Shown here: positions 1-12,850 of the stretch, one piece after another
Numbering within the stretch: position 1 is the stretch's first letter
How the letters are laid out: every line of letters starts with the position of its first letter
Origin: the human T2T-CHM13v2.0 reference genome, Homo sapiens
Assembly (NCBI RefSeq): GCF_009914755.1
Contig: NC_060947.1
Length of the DNA stretch: 64,000 nt
Strand: one strand, 5' to 3'
The notes under the pieces: model-generated
What the model was told of the DNA's origin: nothing
The model's input: the letters and a program-made list of their open reading frames with translations, nothing else
Database searches by the model: none
Made by a program: the position numbers and the translations under genes

Positions 1-426
1 TGGGAAGACATGATTAGTTTTGAAATATGAAAATATGAGATGTGGGAGGTGCCAGGGATGGAATACTGTGGTTTGACTGTGTCCCCATCCAAATCTCAAT
101 TTGAATCCTAGCTCCCATAATTCCTACATGTCATGTGGGGAACTGTTGGGAAGTAATTAAGTCATGGAGGCAGATCTTTTCTGTGCTGTTATTGGGATTG
201 TGAATACGTCTCATAAGGTCTGATTGCTATATAAAGGGGAATTTCCCTACACAAGCTCTCTTGCCTCCCACCATGTAAGAATTGCCTTTGCTTCTCCTTT
301 ACTTTCTGCCATGATTTTGAGGCCTCCCCTGCCATGTGGAACTTTGAGTTCATTAAACTTCCTTCCTTTATAAATTACCCAATTTCACCTATGTCTTTAT
401 TAGCAGCCTGAGGACAGACTAATACA
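1..426 (+). mobile_element. 3' end of a THE1/MST (ERVL-MaLR) internal region plus its 3' LTR (~64-426)
   Basis: Internal-region end with purine tract (gagatgtgggaggtgccaggg), then LTR tgtggtttgactgtgtcccc...gactaataca. Confidence 0.85.
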
Positions 427-2235
427 CAGTCCTATATGCCATCAACAGCCAAGCTGACAGCCAAATCAGGAAGGAAATCCTTTCACAATTTCCACATGCA
501 CAAAAAATAAAATATGTAGGAATACATCTAACCAGGGAAGTGAAAGATCTCTACAATGAGACTTATAAAACACTTCTCAAAGCAATCAGAGAAGACACAA
601 ACAAAGGGAAATACATCCCATGTCCATGGATATGAAGAATCAATATAATTAAAATGACCACACTGTCCAAAGCAATTTGCAAACTAAATGCTATTCTTAT
701 CAAACTACCAACAAGATTCTTAACAGAGCTAGAAAAAAAATATTTTAAAGTTTCACATGAAACCAAAAAGGAGCTTCAATAATCAAGGAAATCCTAAGCA
801 AAAAGAAAAAGCTGGAGGCATCACATTACCTGACTTCAAACTATAGTACGGGGCTACAGTAACCAAAACAGCATAGTACTGGTACAAAAATCAACACATC
901 GATCAAAGGAACAGAATAGAGAAAAGAGAAATAAGGCCACCCACCTATGACCACCTGATCTTTTAAAAAGGTGATAAAAATGAGAAAATGGTCTATGTTC
1001 AATAAATAGTGCTGAGAAAACTGGATGGTCATATGCATAAGATTGAAACTGGACCCCTTCCTTACACCATATACAAAAATTAACTCAAGATAGATTAAAG
1101 ACTTAAATGTAAAACTCAAAGCTATAAAAACCCTGGAAGACAACCTAGGCAACACCATCTTCTACACAGAAATAGGCAAAGATTTTATGACAAAAACAGC
1201 AAAAGCAATTGAAACAAAAGCAAAAATTTAAAAATGGGTTCTAATTAAAGTAAGAGCTTCTGCACAAGAAAATAAACTATCAACAGAGTAAATAAACAAG
1301 CTACAGATGGGAGAGTATATTTGCAAACTATGCATCTGACAGAAGTCTAATATCCAGCATCTATAAGGAACTTAAACAAATTTACAAGAGCAAAACAAGC
1401 AACTCCATTTAAAAGTGATCAAATGACACTTTTCAAAAGAATACATACATAGAGCTAAAAAGCATATAAAAAAGCTCAATATCACTGATTATCAGATAAA
1501 TACAAGTCAAAACCACAATGAGATACCATCTCACACCAGTCACAATGGCTATTACTACGAAGTCGAAAAAATAACAGATGCTGCTAAGGTTGTGGAGGAA
1601 AAGGATTGCTTATCCCCTTTTGGTGGGAGTGTAAAGTAGTTCAACCCTTGCAGAAAGAAATATGGCAATTCCTGAAAGAGCTAAAAGAATAATTTACCAT
1701 TTGACCCAGCAATTCCATTACTGGCTATATACCCAGAGGAATATAAATCATTCTACTACAAAGACACATGTATGCAAATATTCATTGCATCACGATTCAC
1801 AATAACAAAGACATGAAATCAACCTAAATGCCCATCAAGGACAGATTGGATAAAGAAAATGTGGTACATATACACCATAAAATACAATGCAACCATTTAA
1901 AAAAACAAGAACGTGTCATTTGTAGGAACATGGATAGAGCTATAGGCTATTATTCTTAGCAAACTAATGCAGCAACAGAAAACCAAATATTGCATTTTTT
2001 CACTTAGGGAGCTGAATAGTGAGAACTCATGAACGAAACAAAGGTAACAACAGACACTGGAGTTTACTTGAGAGTGGAGGGTGGGAGGAGGGAGAAAAGC
2101 AGAAAGTATAACTATAGGGTACTGGACTTAACACCAGGGTGATAAAATGCTCTTTGCCGCAAACCCCGATGACCTAAGATTACCTACATAACAAAACTTC
2201 ACATGTATACCCTTAAAACTAAAATAGAAGTTTTT
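427..2235 (+). mobile_element. Old primate L1 (L1PA13-16-like): 3' part of ORF2 and 3'UTR, decayed
   Basis: Continuous L1 ORF2 C-terminal homology (gctggaggcatcacattacctgacttcaaactata) and L1 3'UTR ending in an A-rich tail. Confidence 0.85.
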
Positions 2236-3040
2236 TTAGGGTTATTGACCTTAAAAGAGGAGATGGAGGAAAAAAACAGGGATAGAAAATTTGTTCAAAC
2301 AGATAATAACAAAGAACTTCCTAAACCTAGAGAAAGATAATATCAACATTCAAGTACAAGAAGATTATACAACACCAATCAGACTTAACCCAAAAACGAC
2401 TACCTCAAGGCCTTTAATAACCAAGCTTCCAAAGTCAAGAATAAAGAAAAGATTCTAAAAGCAGCAAGAAAAAAAAAGAAAGAAACAAATAACATACAAA
2501 GGAGCTCCAACACATTTGGCAGAAGAATTTTCAGTGGACACCTTGCAGGTCAGGAGTGAACAGCATGAAATTTTTAAAGTGCTAAAGGAAAAATGCTTTT
2601 ACCCTAGAATAGTATATCTGGCAAAATATATCCTTTGAACCTGAAGAAGAAATGGAGACTTTCCCAGAAAAAAAAAAACTGAGGGATTTTATTAACATTA
2701 GACCTATCTTAGAAAAAATGCTAAAGGGATTACTTCAATGAGAAAGAAAATGACATTAATGAGCAACAAATGATCATCTGAAGGTACAAAACTCACTGGA
2801 AACAGTTAACTGAAAAACAGAGAATATTATAACACTGTAACTGTGAAGTGTAAACTACTCTTATCCTAAGCATAAGCAATGAACCAATCAAAAACAACAA
2901 ATACAACAACTTAGCAAGACATAGCACAATAATATATGAATACAAACAAAAAAATGTTAAACAGCAGAGGAGCAAAAATAAGGTGTAGGGTGTTTATTAA
3001 TTTTGTTTTTGATTGTGCAAGTAGTATTAAGTTGTTTTTA
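2236..3040 (+). mobile_element. Ancient L1M ORF1 and inter-ORF fragment
   Basis: L1M ORF1-like DNA (aaagaacttcctaaacctagagaaagata, taccctagaatagtatatctggcaaaa). Confidence 0.7.
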
Positions 3041-3276
3041 GATCAGTAAAATCACATATTTTAACTTTGTCACTACAAAAACATAAATTGGTGAGGTAAT
3101 GGATATGTTAATTAGGTGGATTAACTTTTCTATAATGTATAAACGGAACAAAACATTACATGGGGCCAGGCACGGTGGCTCATGCCTGTAATCCCAGCAC
3201 TTTGGCAGGCTGAGGTGGGAGGATCACTTGAGCTCGGGAGTTCAAGCCCAGCCTGGGCAACATAGGAAGACAACCC

Positions 3277-3855
3277 TGTGATGATTAATATTAGGTGGCA
3301 ACTTGATCGGATTGAAGGATACCCAGATAGCTATTAAAGTATTATTTCCGGGTGTGTCTGGGAGGGTGTTGCCAGAGGAGACTGAAATTTGAGTCACTAG
3401 ACTGGGATAGGAAGACCCACCCTCAATGTGGATGGGCATCATCCAATCAGATGCCAGCACAGCTAGAACAAAGCAGGCAGAAGAAGTTGGGATAACCTTG
3501 CTTGCTGAATCTTTTGGCTGCCTTATTTCTCTCATGCTGAATGCTTCCTTCAGGTCCTCCTGTCCTTGGACATCAGACTCCAGGTACTTTGGCCTTGGAC
3601 TCTGGAACTTGCACCAGTGGCTTGCCAGGGACTCTCCAGCCTTTGGCTACAGACTGAAGACTGCACTGTCAGCTTCCCAGGTTTGAGGCTTTCATATTTG
3701 GACTGAGCCACTACCAACTCCTCTCTTTCCCACCTTGCAGATGGCCTATCGTGGGACTTCACCTTGTAATCATGTGAGCCAATTCCCCCTAATAAACTCC
3801 CATATATAAATATATCCTACTAGTTCCATACCTCTGAAGAACCCCGACTAATACA
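3277..3855 (+). mobile_element. MLT2A-type (HERV-L) solo LTR
   Basis: TG...CA termini (tgtgatgattaatattagg...gactaataca), AATAAA near 3791, degenerate 5-bp TSD aaccc/acccc. Confidence 0.85.
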
Positions 3856-3904
3856 ACCCCTGTCTACAAAAAATTAAAACATTAGATTAGAATAGTGGCA
3901 CATG

Positions 3905-4360
<456 letters not shown>

Positions 4361-4420
4361 TCACATAGTACCACATAAATATACACAATTATGATGTTGC
4401 AATTAAAATAAATTAATTTT

Positions 4421-5720
4421 TATACTACAATGCTGTATTAACCAACAGAACATGGTACTGGTATTGAAATAGACACATAGATCAATGAAACAGAATAAAT
4501 AATCTGGAAATGAAGCCATATACCTCCAGTTGACTGGTTTTTGAAAAAATTAACAAAAATATACACTAGGGAAAGGGCATCATATTTAATAAATGGTCCT
4601 GAGAAAATTAGATTCCATATGAAAAAGAATAAAACTAGAACCCATCTCACACTATATGCAAAAATTAACTCAAGGTGAATTAAAGACTTAAAAGTAAGAC
4701 ATGAAACTATAAAAATACTAGAATAAAATCTAAGAGAAACTCTTCCAAACATTGGCCTAGGCAAATAACTCATGACTAACACATCAAAAGAAAATGTGAC
4801 AACAAAAATAGACAAACAAAATTTACCTAAACTAAAAAGCTTTTTCACAGCAAAAGAAATGATCAACAGAGTGAACAGACATGAAAAGTTGCTCAACATC
4901 ATTGGTCATCAAGAAATGCAAATCAAAACTACAATGTGATATTATCTCACCCCGGTTAACATGGTTCACATCCAAAAGACAGGCAATAACAAATGCTGGC
5001 AAGGATATGGTGTAAAGGAAACCCTTGTACACTGTTGGGAATTTAAATTAGTATAACCACTATGGAGAACAGTTTGGAGGTTCCTCAAAAAACTAAAAAT
5101 TGATCTACCATATGATCCAGCATTTCCACTTCTGGGTATATAGCCAAAATAAGAAAATCAGTATATCGAAGAGATATCTGCATTACTATGTTTGCTGCAG
5201 CACTGTTTACAATAGCTATAAAAAGGAATGAGATACAGTCATTTGCAATGACATGATGGAACTGGAAATTATTATGTTAAGTGAAATAAGCCAGACATAG
5301 AAAAATCAACATTACATGTTCTCACTTTTTCATGGAATCTAAAATTCATGGGATCTAAAATTCAGAACAATTTAACTCATGAATATAGAAAGTAGAAGAA
5401 TGGTTCCAAGAAGAGTCTTGGAAGGGTAGTGGGGTTCTGTGGGAGGGGAGATGGGGATGGTTCATAGGTACAAAAATAATTTGATATCACAACAGGGTAA
5501 CTATAGTCAATAACTTAATTGTGCATTTTAAAATGACTTAAAGAGTAGAATTGGACTGTTTGCACCTCCACGGATAAATCTTTGAGGAACTGGACACCCC
5601 ATTCTTTATTATGGGCTTAGTTTACATTGCCTGCCTGTATCAGAATATCTCATGTACCCCATAAATACATACACCTACTAGGTACACAGAAAAATTAAAA
5701 AGTAAAAAAAAAAAAGTTAA
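4421..5720 (+). mobile_element. L1MA-type 3' fragments with internal deletions
   Basis: ORF2 3' homology and L1MA-type 3'UTR with A-rich tail near 5690-5720. Confidence 0.8.
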
Positions 5721-5724
5721 AAAG

Positions 5725-6190
5725 AACTGAGTCTTAGAAGCTTCTGGATAGCTAAATATGTGAAGGTTCCTGGAGGTTGATACAACCAAAGATAACATGG
5801 AAGCTCAGTGGTCCTTCTCCCATACTTTGCCCTATGTATCTCTTACATTTGGCTGTTCATCTGCATCCTTTGTAATACTTTTATAGTAAATGGGAAAATT
5901 TAAATAAAATGTTCCCCTGATTCTGTGAACCACTGTAGAAAATTAATTAAACCCAAGAAGAAATTCATGAATCAGTCAGAAGCACAAGATCAATCAAAAG
6001 CACCACCTCTAGGTAGATAGTGTCAGAACTGAGTTAAATTAGAGGACACCCAACTGGTGTCTGCTGGAGAATTCATCTACAAAATTGCTTGGTGTTATGA
6101 GGAAACTCCCCACAAATTTGAGGTCACAGAAGTGTTCTGTGAAAGTATAGTAAAAGAAACTGAATTTGGTGTTCTCATATTCGTTACATA
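5725..6190 (+). mobile_element. MER21-like LTR, partial
   Basis: gaaggttcctggagg...catggaagctc...tttggctgttcatctgcatcctttgtaata resembles MER21. Confidence 0.65.
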
Positions 6191-6808
6191 TGTGTTTTTT
6201 TCACATTGTATATGATTAATTTTTAAATTTTTGTATAAAGTATCTAGAAGTGTATTTTTAATAATTTTTTATTTTTACACCTTAACAGCTCTTTTACTCT
6301 GAGTTTATCATCCTTCTAAAGATTTTGTAACTCTTTCTAGGTTTATTGAGGTATGACTGGCAAATAAAAATGTATATATTTATAAGGTACTACATGATGT
6401 TTTTATGCAAGTATTCTCTGTGTAATGATTTCCCAAATCAATCTAATTAACATGTACATCATCTGGCATATTTACCTGTTCGTGTATATATGTGTGTAGG
6501 GGAGTAGGATAAGGACAGTTAGTATCTATTCCTTTTAGTTAATTTTAAGTCTATATTACATTATTATTAACTATAGTTACTATGATGTTCATCAGATCTC
6601 TAGAAATTATCTTATAAATGAAAGTTTGTATCCTTTAACCGACATCTCCTAATTTTCCCCACCCAAGATCCCCTAGAAAACACCATTCCACTCTCTATTT
6701 ATGGAAGGTTGGTTATTTTAAATTTCACATATAAATGAGATTATGCAATGTTTTTCTTTCTGGCTCTCATTTATTTCACTTACATATAATGAGTGAAATA
6801 ATATGCTT

Positions 6809-7116
<308 letters not shown>

Positions 7117-7609
7117 CTATATCCTCCAAGTATAATATCCTCCAAATTCTAATCCATTGTTTATGTATACACTGCAATTATTTTATACATTCATCCATCC
7201 ATAGATGCTTAAGTGCTTTTCATATCTTGGTTATTGTTAATAATGCTTCAATGAACATGAAAGTGCCTATATCTCTTTGACATATTAATTTTATGTTCTT
7301 CAGATAAATACCCAGAACTGGGATTGCTGGATCACGTGGGAGTTATATTTTTAATTGTTTAAGGAAGCCTCATACTGTTTATCATAATGCCTGATCCAGT
7401 TTGCATTCCTACCAACAGTGTACAAGGGTTTTCTTCAAATTCTCACTAACACTTGTTATCTCTTCTCATTTTTATAGTAGCCAACCTAACACATGTGAGA
7501 TGGTTTCTCATTGTGGTTTTGATTTGCATTTACGTGATGGTTTGATTTGCAGTTCTCTGACCTGTTGGCCATTTGCATGTTTTCTCTGAAAAATTGTCTG
7601 TTGGGGAAA

Positions 7610-7876
7610 GGGTACGACTCTGTCGCCCAGGCTTGATGGCAGTGGTGCAACCTTGGCTCACTGCAACCTCTGCCTCCTGCGTTCAAGCCATTCTCACGCC
7701 TTGGCCTCCTTGGCAGCTGGGATTACAAGCGTGTGCCACCACGCCTGGCTAATTTTTTGTATTTTTAGTAAAGATGGGGTTTTGCCATGTTGGCCTGGCT
7801 CATCTCGAACTCCTGGCCTGAAGTGATCTGCCCACCAGAGTGCTGGGATTACAGACATGAGCCACCATGCCTGGCC
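7610..7876 (-). mobile_element. AluS/J-type element, no poly(A) tail, small internal deletion
   Basis: Antisense Alu ending gccaccatgcctggcc; no poly-T run at its left end. Confidence 0.85.
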
Positions 7877-8106
7877 TCTGCTCATATTTAATTGGAATTT
7901 TATTTTGCTGTTGACTATTATGAGTTTCTAATATATTTTGGATATTAGCCTGTTATTAAATATATGGCTTGTAAATATTTTCACCCATTATGTAGGTTGC
8001 CTTTTCCTTCGCTGTGCAGAAGGTTTTTAGTTTGATGTAGTCCCATTTGCTTACTTTTGCTTTTCTTATCTGTGAGTTTGGCGTCACATCGAAATAAGTC
8101 ATTTCT

Positions 8107-8902
8107 GGAATCTCTACACTGTCTTTCTCAATGGTTGACTAATTTACAGCCCCACCAACAGTTTATAGGTGTTCCTTTTTCTCCACAACCTCACCAACAT
8201 CTGTTATTTTCCTAATTTTTAATAATAGTCATTCTGAGTGGTGTGAGATTTTATCTCATTGTAGTTTTGATTTGCATTTCTCTAATAATCAGTGATGTTT
8301 AGATTTTTTTGTCATATGATTGTTGATTGTATCAAAGACATAAAGACTGAAATACCATTTGACCCAGCAATCCTATTACTGGGTATATACGCAAAGGAAT
8401 ATAAATCATTCTATTATAAAGACAAATGCATGCACATCTTCATTGCAGCACTAGTCACAATAGAAAAAAACATGGAATCAACCTAAATACCCATCAATGA
8501 TAGACTTGATAAAGAAAATGTGGTACATACACACCGTTGAATACTATGCAGCCATAAAAAATGAATGAGGGTAAGTCCCTTGCAGGGAGATGAATGGAGC
8601 TAGAGACCATTATTCTTAGCAAATGAATGCAGGAACAGAAAATGAAATACCTCGCATTCTCACTTATAAGTGGGAGCTAAATAATGAGAACAGATTGATA
8701 CACAGAGGAGAACAACACACACTGGGGCCTTTCAGAGTGTGTAGGGTGGGAGGAGGGAGAGGATCAGGAAAAATGACTAATGGTTACTTGGCTTAAAACC
8801 CGGTTGATGAAATAATCTGCACAACAAACCTCCATGACATAAGTTTACCTATGTAACAAACCTGTCCTTGTACCCCCAAACATAAAATAAAAGTTAAAAA
8901 AA
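8107..8902 (+). mobile_element. 5'-truncated, 5'-inverted L1PA (twin priming): inverted 8107-8331, forward 8332-8902
   Basis: Inverted part starts at the reverse complement of gattcc and forward part starts at tcaaagac, adjacent positions in L1. Confidence 0.8.
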
Positions 8903-9659
8903 GAAATCATGTTGAAAGCCAATAATGGATCAGGGACTGTATTTATTATCTTCTCTCCCAGAAGTTTTACATTTTCAGATATTACGTTTATGTCTAATCC
9001 ATTTTGAGTTGATTTTTGTGTATTATGTAAGAAAAGGGTCCAGTTTCGCTGTGAATATTGTTTTCCCCATGTTCATGCATGTGGACACTGTTTTCCCCAA
9101 TACCAATGTATTGAGGAGATAATCATTTCCTCACAGTGTGTTCTTTGTCCCCTTCCTGGAAGATCAGATGACCTTTATCTGTATGGGTTTATTTCTGAAG
9201 TCCTGATTCTGTTCCATTGGTACATAAGTCTATTTATAGGCCAGTACCATACTTTTTATGACTATAGCTATGTAATAGAGTTTTTAATCTGGAAGCGTGA
9301 AGCTTTCTCCTTTGTTCTTTCTCAAGAATAGCCCCTGTGCAAAGCAATTTTGAGATTTGCAGCTTTGTTCTTATTAACAACGCTGAAATCTTTCTTAATA
9401 CTGCTTTAGCTATTCAGAGATTTTTGTGGCTTCATACTTTTTTTCAGATTTCTTTTTCTATATCATAAGAATTTTGATAGGAATTGCATGAAATCTACTG
9501 ATCACTTTGGACAGTATAGGCATATTAACTATCAATTCTTCCAATTCATGAACACTGTGTTTTTCCTTTTATTTACTTCTGTTTTCAGTTTATTTTACTA
9601 ATGTTTTGTAGTTTTCAAAGTACAGATATTCCACCTTTTTATTACAACTATATCTAAGT

Positions 9660-11290
9660 TTTTTTTTAAATTAGATTCAGGGAATACATGGGCAAGTTTA
9701 TTGCATAAATAGACTGTGTAAAGCTGGTCTTTAAGCTTCTATTGAATCCATCATCCAGATAGTAAACATAGTACCCAACAGGCAGTTTTTCAATCGTTGC
9801 CTTTCCCCCTCCTTCCTTCCTTTCCCCCAGTGTTTATTTTTTCCATTTTTATAAATTTACATCCAGTTTTAGCTCACACTTATAAGTAAGAAAATGTAGT
9901 ATTTGATTTTCTGTTTCTGCATCAATACACATAGGAAAAAGGCATCCAGTTGCATTCATATTGCTGCAAAGAACATGAGTTTATTCATTTTGATGGTTGC
10001 ATCATATTCTGTGGTGTATATGTTCAAAAATTTTTCTTTATCCAATCCACCATTGATGGGCATCTGGGTTGATTCTGTGGCTTTGCTATTGTAAGTAGTG
10101 CTGTGATAGACATACAAGTACAGATGACTTTTTAATGGAATTTTTCTAGTGTGTGTAGATACCCAGTAGTGGACATGCTGAGTTAAATGGCAATTCTATT
10201 TTTAGTTATTTGAGAAATATCCAAATTGAGACTATCATTTCCTAACGGTATATTCTTTGCCCCCTTCTGGAAGACTAAATGATCTTTATCGGCATGAGTT
10301 TATTTCGGAAGACCTGACTCTATTCCATTAATATATGATGTCTATTTATAGGCCAGTACCATACATTTTTTTTTTATTTTGCACAGGGGCTGAAGTCATT
10401 TACATTTCCATAAACAGTGTATAAGCATTCCCCTTTCTCTGCATCCTCACCAACATCTGTTATTTTTGACTGTTTAGTAATAGCCCTTCTGACTGTTATG
10501 AGATGACATCTGATTCTGATTTTGATTTACATTTCTCTGATGAAGAGTGGTGTGGAGAACGTTTTCATATATTTCTTGACTGCCTGTATGTCTTCCTTTG
10601 AGAAGTGTCTGCTCATGTATTTTGTCCACTTTTCATAAGGATGTTTGCTGCTTGTTAATTTACTTAAGTTTCTTATAGAACCTGGATATTAGTCTTTTTT
10701 CAGATGCATATTCTGTGATAATTTTCTCCCATTCTGTAGGTTCTCTGTTTACTCTGTTGATATTTTCTTTCATGGTGTAGAAGGTCTTTAGTTTAGTTAA
10801 GTCAATTTTTGTTGCATTTGTTTTTGAGATCTTTGACATAAATTTTTTGCTGAGGCCAATGTCCAGAAGAGGTTTTTCCTACGCATTCTTTTAGTATTTT
10901 TTATACTAGGAGGTCTTATATTTAAGTATTTAAATCATCTTGAATTAATTTTTGTTTATCGTGAGAAGTAGGCATTGGGTTTCATTCTTATGTATCTGCG
11001 TACCCAGTTTTCCAAGCACCATTTATTGACTACGGTGTCCTTTACTCACCATTAACTTTTGTCAACTTTATCAAAGATCAATTGATTGTGGATGTGTGGC
11101 CTTATTTCTGGGTTCCCTATTTTGTTTCACTGATCTACATGTCTATTTTTGTACCAGTACCATGCTTTTTTGGTTACCATAGGGTTGTAGTTTAGTTTGA
11201 ATTTAGGCAATGTGATGCCTCTGGCTTCATTCTTTTTGCTTAGAATTACTATGGCTATTTGCGCCCTTTGGGTGTGCAATTTGACTTTTT
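9660..11290 (-). mobile_element. L1PB/L1PA16-like 3' ~1.5 kb
   Basis: Antisense L1 3'UTR (ttagattcagggaatacatg) followed by ORF2 3' homology. Confidence 0.8.
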
Positions 11291-12850
11291 AAATATTTTC
11301 AACTGTTATTTTAGATTCAGAAAGTACATATGCGTATTTGTTACACAAGTATATTTGTTACACAGCAGCATGCATGCTGCTGATGTTTGGCGTAAATTGA
11401 TTCTGTCACCCAGGTAGTGCACATGGATAGTTTTTCAGCTCTTATCCCTCCCCCTCCCTACTTCAGGGTCCCCAGTGTTTATTGTCCATATCTTTGTGAC
11501 TGTGTGTATTGAATGTTAGCTTCCACTTATCAGTGAAAATACATAGTATTTCGTTTTCTGTTCCTTTGTTAATTCTCCTGTGATGATGGCCTCCAGCTAC
11601 ATCTATGCTGTTACAAAAGACATAATTTTGTTCTTTTTTATGTCTACATAGTATTCCATGGTGTACATATAATACTACATTTTCTTCCTTCAATCCTATG
11701 AATGAAAATCCACCAATGATTGGTACCTATGCTGACTACTTGCCTTTGCTGTTGTGAATGGTTGTCTGATAAACATATGAGTACCTGTGTCTTTTAGGTG
11801 GAACAATTTATTTTCCTTTGGGGAAATACTCAGTAATGGGATTGCTAGGTCAAATAGCAGTTCTGTTCTCTTTTAAGTTTTTTTAATTTGCATTCTCATC
11901 AACAATGTATAAACAATCCCTTTTCTATGCAGCCTTGAGCCTTGCCATCAATCTTTTTTTGTTGTTGTTGTTGTTTTTACTTTTTCATCATAGCCATTCT
12001 AATACGTGTGAGGTGGTATTTCATTATGGTTTTCATTCTCATTTCTCTAATGATTAGGGATCTGGAGCATGTTTTCTGATGTTTATTGGCCACTTGTATG
12101 TTTTCTTTTGATAAGTGTTTATTTATTTCCTTTTACCATTTGTTAATGGAATTATTTGGTTGTTACTTTAAGAATTAAGTTTCTTATAGATTCTGGACAT
12201 TAATGTTTTGTTAGATGCATAGCTTATGAATACATTCTCCTATTCTGTAGGATTTTTTTTCTCTGTTGATAGTTTCTTTTGCTGTGCAGAAGAGAAGCTC
12301 TTTAGTTTAACTAGGTCTCACTTGTCAATTTTTGTTTTTCTTGCAATTGCTTTTGTGGAATTAGTCATACATTCTTTCCTAAGGCTGATGACCAAAATAG
12401 CATTTTCTAGGTTTTTTTCTAAGATTTTTATAGTAAGAGGTCTCATATTTAAGTCTTTGATTCAACTTGAGTTAATTTTTTATATGGTAAATGGTAAGAG
12501 TCTAGTTTTATTCATCTACATATGGCTAGCCAGTTATCCCACAAGCATTTATGGAATATAGAGTCCTTCCCCTATAGCTAATTTTTGTAAACTTTGTCAC
12601 AGGTTGAACGGCAGTAGGTATGCAGTTCAACTTCTGGGTTCTATTTTCTTTTCTGTTTCTTTATGAGTCTGTTTTTGTAATAGGACCATGCTGTTTTGGC
12701 TACTGTAGCCATATAATATAGGTTGAAGTTGGGTAATATGATTTCTCCACCTTGGTTCTTTCCTTAGACATGTTTCTGCTAGTCAGGCTTTTTTTGGCAC
12801 CATATGCATTTTATTTTTTTTTTTCTAATTCTGTGGAAAATGATATTCTT

